From Octopus vulgaris (Eukaryota), in NCBI GenBank assembly GCA_951406725.2, contig OX597827.1, forward strand, positions 48,546,001 to 48,610,000: a stretch of 64,000 bases of DNA, written 5' to 3'. How positions within the stretch are numbered: position 1 is the first letter of the stretch; every line of letters starts with the position of its first letter. The position numbers were made by a program, and so were the translations under genes. This document shows, one piece after another, positions 53,860 through 64,000 of the stretch. The notes beneath the pieces were generated by a model. The model had not been told where the DNA came from. It did no database searches and saw nothing but the letters and a program-made list of their open reading frames with translations.

Positions 53860-56835
53860 TGTAGTAGTGGTGACAGTTATGCTTCACAATTTGTTACTGT
53901 AGCGAGATGATTGAATCTGTGCTTTAAATACAGCTGTGTAGGCTCCAGATGCTAGGTTTCAAAAACAATACTAACAAGAACTTGAAAAGTAGTATACATA
54001 ATACCAAAAAACAAGACAGAAAACATAACGAAACCAAGTAAAATACCACAACCAAAACGCAAAATTCATCAAGCAAACATCAACAGGAATATAAATCATA
54101 AACAGAAAAAAATCCATTTTTTTACGTCAGGACAACAAACACCGGAGAAAGAAAAAATGCAAGAGGAAACATACCCAAAACAGTGAACGTATAGATCCTA
54201 AGATAATTAATTTATCAAAAAGAGATCTTGACAATGATGAAATCCAACCTCTGTCAAAAGGACTGAAATTCACACCTACACCAACAGCCAACCACCAAGA
54301 ATTAAAGGAGGATATCCAAAAATTCTGCCGAAAATTACGTCTTGTAGAATTCTTTGCTAACAAAAGTAATGAGATTGATGAATCCCTAGTAAGGAATAAA
54401 TCAAATTTCACCCCACCAAAAGGAAGAAATAACTACCTTGACCAATACATTGATATCCTGTCTAAATTTCCCCTTAGACGCAATACCAATGTTAGGCCGA
54501 ACATTAACAAATCAGAGATGTCTGCATGTAAACGTATACAAAACGATCAAACAATAATAATTAAACAAGCAGATAAAGGTGGTGCAATTGCTATTATGGA
54601 TACCGAATACTATAATGATTTGGTTGAGGACCAACTGAAGGACACAACCTTCTATTGTGAAATACCCGCAGATATAGACCACCACATCATGAAAAAGATC
54701 AACAACCTGATCTCAAAACACTACAACTCACTTACGGATAATGAAACAAACTACTTCACCAATTTCGAACCAAAACTCAGCAACTTCTACGGCTTACCGA
54801 AAATACATAAATCAAAAGATATTCAACAGGCAGTAAAAGAACAAGAAAGTGAGTACATAAAATTACTACATCCAAAAGACCTAAAACTTAGAACTATTAT
54901 AGCTGGTCCAGCATGCCCTACCCACCGTCTAAGCAATTTTATTGACGTTGTTTTGAAACCACTATGTACTTACATACCCAGTTTCATCAGGGATGACATC
55001 GACTTCCTGTCCCATCTTCCCAAAACAACAGAAACAAATTCAGTTTTACTAAGTTTTGATGTGGTAAGCCTCCACACCAATATTCCACACGATTAGAAAT
55101 AAAGGCGATTAAATACTGGTTAGAAAAAACATAGAGAAGTGATTCCCAGCAGATTCACAGTGCCATTTATATTAGACACAGTCAAACTTATTCTAGAAAA
55201 CAACACGTTCTTCTTCAATGGAAAGAATTACATCCAAATTAGAGGCACGGCGATGGGAACGAGGTTTGCTCCCGTTTACGCCAACTCTGTAATGGGATAC
55301 TTAGAACAACAACTCTACCAAGAGGTGGAGGTAAACTATGGCACTGGATTTAGAAAGTATATTGAAAAGGCATGGAAGAGATACCTTGACGACTGCTTCA
55401 TAATCTGGACAGAATCTCTAAATACTCTGGAAGAGATCAATATCCTCCTGAACGACTTACCCCCATCTCTCCAATTTACAAAGGAGATGATTAGTACCAA
55501 ATTACCATTCCTAGATATAATGGTAATTAAAAAAGACACCACCATCACCACAAATATGTACTATAAACACACAGACGCACATCAATACCTAAATTTTAAG
55601 TCGTGCCATCCACCACATACAAAAGGCAACATCCCATACTGCCTAGTCAGAAGAATTTATACCATTATAGAAGATGCAAAATATCAGGAACAAACGCCTA
55701 ATAGAACTAAGAGAATTTTTGCTCAAACAAAAATACCCATCTCTACTTATAGAAAATGGTATACAGCGAGCTATAAAAATACCCATACAACAACTTAGGA
55801 CAACCCAAGGAAGAGGAAAACAAGAACAAGTCATACCATTCATAGTGACACACAACCCATGTCACCAGAATATCTTCAACATTGCCAAAGCAAACCTACC
55901 AATCATTGCCCAAAGTAATGAATTAAAAGACATAATCACGGATCGAGCTATGGTGCTTAGTAAAAGACAGCCTAAAAACTTTAAAAAATTACTAACAAAG
56001 GCAAAATTTGACTTTAGCAACAAAGGCCAAACATTCACTGCATCTAAATGCAATGATAGCCGTTGTGGCACATGCCAATTCATACATACCGGCCAATATA
56101 TAAACACAAAAATCGGGAAAATATTTACAAACGCGAATATGAACTGCAAAAGCTGAAATTTAATTTACTGCATCAAATGCCCAAATTGTGAAGAAATATA
56201 TGTAAGTCAGACGGGAAACGCACTATCAGAACGCTCACGTGTACACCGGCAACGGATTAGAGATCCCAGAGGTCCGTCAGATACCTTTGAGTAACCACTT
56301 AGCAACATGTGGCCGGAAAATATATATAATATTTCCATTCTACAAATTACACAGCCCAAGTGAAATCGAGAGGAAAATCAGAGAAAAGAATTTTATTGAT
56401 AAATTCGAACCCAAGCTAAATAAGCAATAATAATAGTACTTAGATAGCAGGAAAAGTATCTTATTTAGGGTTAAAAGTTCTCTTGCCACCACTATCACCA
56501 CTAGCAACAATAATTAAGGTGGTGACAATGATGATGATGACAATTGAAATATAAAAATATAAAAATCTCTGACAAAGGCTATTTACAACATTTCTAAAAA
56601 TAGCCCAACAATTGCTGCTTCGGCCAGGGTCAAGATACAGGACTCTTGACATGTCCAACAAAGCGTGACGCCTAAACCAATCAGCTCAAACAACCAATCA
56701 GCTTAAGTAATTGAGTGGGCAGAATACAGTTTGCAAAACCTAGCATCTGGAGCCTTCACAGCTGTATTTAAAGCACAGATTCAATCATCTCGCTACAGTA
56801 ACAAATTGTGAAGCATGACTATCACCACTACTACA

Positions 56836-56880
56836 TGAACCTGAAGATTGCAGAATTTAATGCATGAAAGTACTAGTTCA
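56836..56880 (+). ncRNA. Type I hammerhead ribozyme in the 3' pLTR
   Basis: tgaac CTGAAGA t tgca gaatttaa tgca t GAAA gtac T A gttca. Palindromic AGTACT stem III; predicted cut after 56875. Confidence 0.88.
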
Positions 56881-57126
56881 AAAAGAATGAACATTTAACA
56901 TTCTATTATTTTATTTTATTTTATTATCTTATATTATATTATCTTATATCATTATAAGATTATAAATAAAACGTGAAAATTAGACAAGGTTGAAATTCCT
57001 TTTATTAATATATATATATATACGAATATATATGTGTGTGTTTGTGTGTATGAACACGCATATATATATAAGCAGATATATGTGTGTGTATACATACACA
57101 CACACACACCCACACGTATGTATATA

Positions 57127-57193
<67 letters not shown>

Positions 57194-57225
57194 TGATAGA
57201 AAGATTGATAGATAGATAGATATAC

Positions 57226-57261
<36 letters not shown>

Positions 57262-58235
57262 ATGTATACATACACGTACATATATGCACACATTTATGTA
57301 CGTATATATGGGTGTGCCTGTGTGTGTATATATACATACGCATATATATATATAAACGGATATATGTGCGTGTGTCAGTGTTGGTCTGTGTATTTTGTAG
57401 ATTTACATCGTTTTTCGCTTTGCCTTTCAAAGATTTTATCGACAAAATATATAGCGGCAATATATTGACATCAACTGTAGCCCTTATATTTATTAACGAA
57501 TCTTAAATTATTACTGTTTCTCCAAAAGTATATTGAAACAGCTGTCGTTTAAGGTACCTGCATCAATAATCATCTTCACCGAACAAACACGCACACACAC
57601 GTACGTGAGTGTGCCTCTGTGTCTGTGTATCTGTATGTGTGTGTGTGTGTAGCACATAACTATCTGTATACTGATGGTTGACAATTTGTTCTGTCCTTGA
57701 CTAATTAAATAGTTTATTGGTTTTGAAATATTAATATTTTTCATTTCAACTTTCATTAAGGATAATATTGTAAAAATTAGTTTAAAGAATTTATCAAACA
57801 TCTTGAAATAATTTTGATTAATTTGTCATGAGTATTAAATGAAATGTAAATTTATATAAGTTATCGCTTCCACTTGAGACAACTATGGAAATTTTAATAA
57901 AGAAATTAAACCGTGGTTTATATACTTCACTCAAAAGCAATTATTCTTATCAACATTTATTGTATATATTGCTGTTTTGTTCTTGTCTTTATTATTTTTG
58001 TTTAACCCAGAGCCAAACGTAACTACGGGGATCTGTGATCAAAATCGTTCTTGTTCTCAGCGTGTCGTTCGTTAAAAACTGTACGACCACAAATAATTAT
58101 TCAATTATCTCACGCAATTCCCTTTAAAACTATAGAGTGTGATTTCAATAACCTGTAATCAATCGTTCTCGGAGTTTAAACAATAATGCAGAAACAAACT
58201 CGCTTACAACCACCTTGCAGAACTAGAACGTTAGT

Positions 58236-58614
58236 GGATGCGCAATGACCCAATGGTTAGGGCAGCGGATTCGCGGTTGTGCGATCGCGGTTTCGATTCC
58301 CACACCGGGCGTTGTGAGTGTTTATTGAGCGAAAATACCTAAAGCTCCACAAGGCTCTGAAAAGGTTTTGTGGCGAACCCTGCTGTACTCTTTCCCCACA
58401 ACGTCCTCTCACTCTTTCTTCCTGTTTCTGCTGTACCTGTATGTCAAAGGGCCACCTTTGTCATTCGCTATGTCATGCTGAATCTCCCCAAGAACTACTT
58501 TAATGATGCACGTGTCTGTGGAGTGCTCAGTCACTTGTACGTTTATTTCACGTGCAGACTGTTCCGTTGATCGGCTCATCCGGAACCCTCGTCATCATAA
58601 CCAACATAGTGCCA
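58236..58614 (+). mobile_element. tRNA-derived SINE sharing its tail with 34664-34986
   Basis: tgacccaatggttag A-box, gtttcgattccc B-box, tail ...gaaccctcgtc.tc.taacc.ac..agtgcca. Confidence 0.7.
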
Positions 58615-59924
58615 CTAGAACCTTATATTTTGCGACAAAATGTAGAAACTTAAATATAGTCTTCGCCCATGAGACACACAAGCCCGACTTGCATTTATTG
58701 CAATAATTGATTAATAATATTAATGCTCATAAATAAAATAGAAAACTTCTTGATTGCTATTTTTTTATCTATCAGATTTAACGGCGATGTTTACTTAAAT
58801 TTTATTGCTTGGTGCTGGAGCTGTTGCTACGAAAAGCTGTTGCTAAGTGGGCGTACTTGTGGTCATTTTACGGACAGCTAACGTCAAAGATAATCTAATT
58901 CTCTCCAATAAAACTGTTCTTAAAATCGATTTTGTTGTGGCTACAAATAGGCTAGTTAAACCCTTGCAATATAATTACAAATCTTTGAGGAATGAAACAT
59001 TAAGAGCAGCTTCAGAATTAAATCCTATAACATTTGAAAACTTTATGTGACAAGTTTAGCCCTTCAAATGGAAATTATAAATATTTTCTACTCAAAAACG
59101 AAATTACAATTTCTTCCTTGCTCTCGATAGATGCCATTGTGTTGCAAGCTAATTAATGGTACCAACTTGGTAGCTATTCAAGCTGAGTAATTATTTTCCA
59201 AAATCATGAAAAGATAAATCGTCACATACATTTACCAGGAACTGAATACACAGCGACAGACACACACGCATGCATGTATATCCACATATATGTATATACG
59301 CTTACAGCCCCATTAAACTGACACACACATTACAAGTTCACGTTTTTCCTAGAACACGCAAAATGTACCGTAAGGCAAATTACACAAATCAATTTAATAA
59401 TCTACAAGGCTATTTTTTCCAAAAGTATTAGCTACATTAATCGGAGAGAAAATACATATAGGAAACACACATCCGTACGCACACATACATATATATATAT
59501 ATATATATAGAACAACTTATTCTTACATCAATGCATAATCGACATAACAGATAGTTCAAAAGCCCTCTTCAGTCGCATGTAATTGCTACACCAAAGACTT
59601 ATATCACATTATAAAAGGTTTGAGAAAAAATATTTGGTATTGTTTATAATGGTAGGTAAGCCGAGTATCATTGGGAAAATATGTTTGTAAATCTTCATAG
59701 GTGTACATGGTATTATTAGACTCCAAAATAAATCGTCTATACCGTTTTCTCACTCAATATAGAAAGTTGTTCTATAAAGCTCGAAACATATATACCACAA
59801 CATCCTTTGTGTCCTGTTTTTCATTTACTTCATTTGATACATATATCCTCTCACCTATGCTACTAGCTGGCATATACAGGTGCTTACATTTATCAAGTAT
59901 TCACCCAGAATTTATATATATATA

Positions 59925-60273
59925 AGTGGTTAGAGCATCGAGGTTACGATCGTGAAGTTGTGAGTTCGATTCCCGGACCGGGCTGCATGTTCAGTTCTTG
60001 AGCAAGAAACTTTATTTCATTTTGATCCAGTTCACACAACTGTAAAATGAGTTGCGAAGTCATTGGTGTCAAACTGTATCGGCCTTTGCTTTACTCTTGG
60101 ATAACATGGGTGGCGTGGAGAGGGAAGGGTGGTATGCATGGGTGACTGCTGGTCTTCCATAAAAACAGCTTCAGGTTGCGCGTTCGACGGTGAGGCGACT
60201 TTCCGCCCAGATTTGTACCCCGGGGGCAGCCACTTAGGTGCACCCATGGTCATTCGCGACCCACGCAGTCTAG
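59925..60273 (+). mobile_element. tRNA-derived SINE, group 3 head with a different tail
   Basis: agtggttagagc, gagttcgattcccggaccgg, cttgagcaagaaactttatttca...ccagttcacacaactgtaaaatgag. Confidence 0.7.
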
Positions 60274-60324
<51 letters not shown>

Positions 60325-60435
60325 ATAATCCCTCGACATATCACAGGTCAATTATCAGGCACTTATCAGGCGTGAGTTAATAAACACGTAACCGACTCTC
60401 ACTCAGCAAAAGAGCAAAGTAACTCTTCAGAAATT

Positions 60436-60479
60436 CATCTGACTAGTTTCAGTGATTCTTTATACCTTCATCAGAGATG
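60436..60479 (-). ncRNA. Type I hammerhead ribozyme, probable PLE pLTR remnant starting at about 60325
   Basis: Minus strand: catct CTGATGA ag gtataaagaatca ct GAAA ctag T C agatg. Palindromic ACTAGT stem III and a GUC site. Confidence 0.82.
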
Positions 60480-61462
60480 GCTTATGTATTATGTCCAAAT
60501 TATGATGGCAATAAGGCAAAGTGTGTCCAAATTACAATGGCAACTACACACATACCTTTTATATTGTATACAAACAGAAACCGAATTTGCATAATGGATC
60601 ATTCGACAACAATGAGAATTAAATACCTAAGATAATTTGATATGAAAAATAAACTTTAGAAATGCACAGTTTTAGTATATGCACTGATATGCAAATTAGA
60701 AAAACCGATTTACTTGCGTGCAGGATACACCATAGATACACCATAGATAGATATTAGCTGGATGTCCAAAACCCCATAGATAGATACCAAAACACCATGG
60801 ATAGATATTAGCTGGATGGTAAGTGATCTCTGATAGTTGTCCAAGTAAACTAGAAACAATAGAAATCAATGAGTTTTTGAGTTTTTGTGAGGTTTCGATC
60901 TTCTTTCTTTTCTGGTGTTTACCTCACAGGGAAAAGATTCTTATACACACGCCGTTTTTCTTGTTTTTATTTTCACGGCCATTCAAAATTGTCGGTTTAA
61001 TTAGAACACACAGGACTAAATTTGAGTTGTTTTCCATTATTTGTTACAATTGCTATGCAGAGCGCTCTTAATTAATATACGCTCTATATTAGACACTACA
61101 GTATTGATTATGAGGCATGCTTCATATTAGAAAGAGGTTCTTGATGAGGTTAAAGCATACACTTCAAACTGTCTACAGCAGTCCAGTATTATCACGAACT
61201 AAATGAATTTAATTGCTATTGAATATTTGCTGCATAATTATAAGCATGTAAATGTCAAATTTTGAAGTTTTGTACACAAAGATAAGTAGATAATAGTTTA
61301 ATTAAACAACAAAATCATCAATTAACTATATATAAGTGGGGGCGTATTTCGTCCGGTGGATTAAAGATTCTACCAGCTCACCGCATTGATATATTAATAA
61401 TAATAATAATAATGATAATAATAATAATAATAATAACAATAATAATAATAATAATAATAATA

Positions 61463-61506
<44 letters not shown>

Positions 61507-61849
61507 GAGGAGAAAGAGGAGAAGAAGAACAAGAAGAAGAAGAAGAAGATGATGATGATGATGACGACGACGACGACGTCTACATTATATTGATTGGCCA
61601 GCTTCCCCTTTAATACAACTTTATCTTGCCTACGCATTCGTTGATATTCACCTACGTCATTTTCCTTTCAGTTATCCCCACTACGTAGGCTTTTCCTATT
61701 TTTCTGAATCTGGGCCTCATTTAGAAACCCTCTATTCTGAATTAATTTTTGTCTGAGTCATAAGCCCATTTTCAGGAATCTTTTTCCCCAGTTTCAGAGT
61801 CTATGGCTAAGGAATAGAGAAACCTCAGGATAAGACTCGAGGATATAAT

Positions 61850-62815
61850 AGTTACAAGAACAGAGACCAAGCAGGTGAATTTGAGAAGATTCGACCGTAA
61901 TAATGTGAAACGCGCGACCCCAAAATATGATGAGATTCTGAAATAGAATCTGACAAAAGATCTAACGGTAGCAAGGGATTTGGTCAGATCTGTTTCAACT
62001 TTAGTAGGTGAACTGGTTGGAAAGAAAGCGAGGAAAGCAGACGGACAGAAGGAGACATGGTAAAAGCGGAGGACTGAAGGCGAAATTAAAACTTTGTGTA
62101 AAGGTTTGAGTCACATAAACGAATAGCCGAAAGGACAATGCAAAAAGGCTAAAAATGGTGCAAGGATATATCTTGATGCCAAATAGAAAAGAAAGGGTTC
62201 AAAACTGTTATCGAAACACTAAAACAATGTGTGAGGGCAAAAACGTTAAAGGTGCGCCGTTACACGGATCGCATATCGCAGTTCCAGCAAAACCGGTTCT
62301 TCTCAAATAACAAAAAGCAGATTTTTTTAAGAGCTTAGGAGGGGATACCGAAAATAATATACCTCCTGAGCAGAGGAAGCCTGTAAATAATATCTGGGGC
62401 AAGAAGTTTCGCGCCACCACGATGCTGAGTGGACTCATTCCGTGAAATCCGATCCCCAACACCCGGAGTCTCTAACACACGACAGGACCATGTGTGCATG
62501 ACAACGGAAGATGTAATTGCACAAGTATTAAAACTGACAAATTAAAATTGGCATAACAAGACGGAATTCAAGGCTACTGGCTCAAGTAGTTTAGATCAAC
62601 AAACAAAAGGATTGCATTGCAATTAGACAATTACCTGTAGAATGGTACAGTTTTGGCGTGGATTGTAGAGGGACAGATAACATTGTTGATGAAAGATTGG
62701 TCAATGGGCAGTGAGGCTGGCGATTACCGACCAATTGCTTGTCTCAACCTCCTGTGGAAAGTGTTAATAGGCATCCTCGCCAGGAAAATATATACGCTCC
62801 TTGCGGAAAACAATC
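61850..62815 (+). mobile_element. Degenerate R4/Dong-type RT N-terminal fragment
   Basis: DGIQGYWLK*F, WIVEGQITLLMKD, DYRPIACLNLLWKVLIGILA. Confidence 0.8.
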
Positions 62816-63115
62816 CACATTATTAAGAACATGGTAGTAGAAGGTCCTTCTCCATGGGCAGATTTTTTATCACTGGGTTCACTTTGCTATTTAGAATTAT
62901 CAACGGGGAGGGTTTTTTTTTTAGTTCAGTGGCGACAAACAAGAATCTTTCTATTTATAGATTGAGGAAGTGGTAGTACAAATATTAGAACCATAAATCC
63001 AACCCTATTATGATGAATTTAACTTTGGCACATTTGAATGTATTTTAGCTAAAGTTAGTGGCCTGAAGCTAGTGGTGTAGGGAGAATAGAAACTCCTAAT
63101 GCTCTATATATATGT

Positions 63116-63194
<79 letters not shown>

Positions 63195-63839
63195 CATATA
63201 TATCAAATATAAATTAAAAACAGAACACAATGGATATCGCGATACAGTGTTTCAAGCTTTATAAACAATCCGTTATTACATCAATGTATTATTGATATAA
63301 AAGATGGTTTAACGCTCTCTTCACCGCAAACATTGTTAGTCCAAAGATTAGATCACAATATAAAAAATATGAAAAGTACATGTAGTATTACCCATTATAA
63401 TACGTTTATCATATCTTCTTGAAAAAGTGTATTTGTAAAATTTCCTAAGTGTATAAATGTATAAAGATTCATTGCATTTCGAAAATAGTACCCATGCTGT
63501 ATCACCAATCAGCATAGAGAGAATGTTAGATAGATTGGAATGAGTTTATATTTAATTTTCTTTTATAAGATAGGAAAAATAAGATAGAAAGAAAAAATAG
63601 AGAGAGAAAAATGGGCAGATTTTCTAAATCCAATAAATCTTTATAGAAAAGGGAGAAAGATTAACAGAGGGGAAAAAAATAAGTTGTTGCAGTTTTGCAA
63701 CCGGGAAAACACCTACGAAGATGCATTCTGATGAAGAAACACAATATATCTCAGAACTAGGCGAAACGAAATCACTCCAAAAGTGACAGCGAGAGCTAGA
63801 TCTCAGTATTTCCCTCTTGTTCCTGCTTGCCAAATGTAC

Positions 63840-63901
<62 letters not shown>

Positions 63902-64000
63902 ATGTAGGATAAAATTTTTTCGAAAAAAATTATTTTCCAAAAAAACAATTTTATCAATGGCCAGCATATTAAAAAATACCTTTAAAGGTTAAAATTATAA

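Larger units (their letters stand above)
53685..57010 (+). mobile_element. Penelope-like retroelement (Neptune-like) with inverted terminal pLTRs; disrupted ORF about 53960-56430
   Basis: LSKGLKFTPTP, IIIKQADKGG, FYGLPKIHK, FDVVSLHTNIP, GTAMGTRFAPVYAN, RYLDDCF, CNDSRCGTC, NLIYCIKC..C..IYVSQTG. 53685-53959 is the reverse complement of 56736-57010. Confidence 0.95.

Noticed and set aside
56154-56156. In-frame TGA just before the GIY-YIG motif (CKS*NLIY) as possible selenocysteine
   Set aside because: It is not at a conserved Cys position. CGA-to-TGA decay is simpler, and the copy has other lesions.
63243-63288. Minus-strand ataca TTGATGT...GAAAcac tgtat motif
   Set aside because: Several core mismatches; cannot be separated from chance.
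63722-63775. CTGATGA...GAAAcg hammerhead-like motif
   Set aside because: No UH cleavage triplet and no convincing stem II; at best a decayed copy.

Overview
AT-rich, microsatellite-dense animal intergenic or intronic DNA. The SINE families and repeat landscape look like a cephalopod (Octopus-like) genome; this is recognition, not proof. No intact host gene is evident, and most ORF-track entries are translations of (TA)n, (GATA)n, (TAA)n and (CA)n repeats. Real content: two near-full Penelope-like elements (PLEs; 7.5-11 kb and 53.7-57 kb) plus fragments, a co-oriented stack of R4/Dong-type RLE retrotransposons in (TAA)n, Tx1-like 3' ends in (GATA)n, Tc1/mariner remnants, a composite Helitron, TIR/MITE elements and three tRNA-derived SINE groups. 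The most striking signal is about 15 type-I hammerhead ribozyme (HHR) motifs from about five sequence families. Most have a palindromic, loopless stem III, and several have variant cores. One family forms a young, non-coding 362-nt unit present as two circularly permuted, terminally redundant arms in a head-to-head palindrome (16675-17534), a candidate retrozyme / circular-RNA retroelement.
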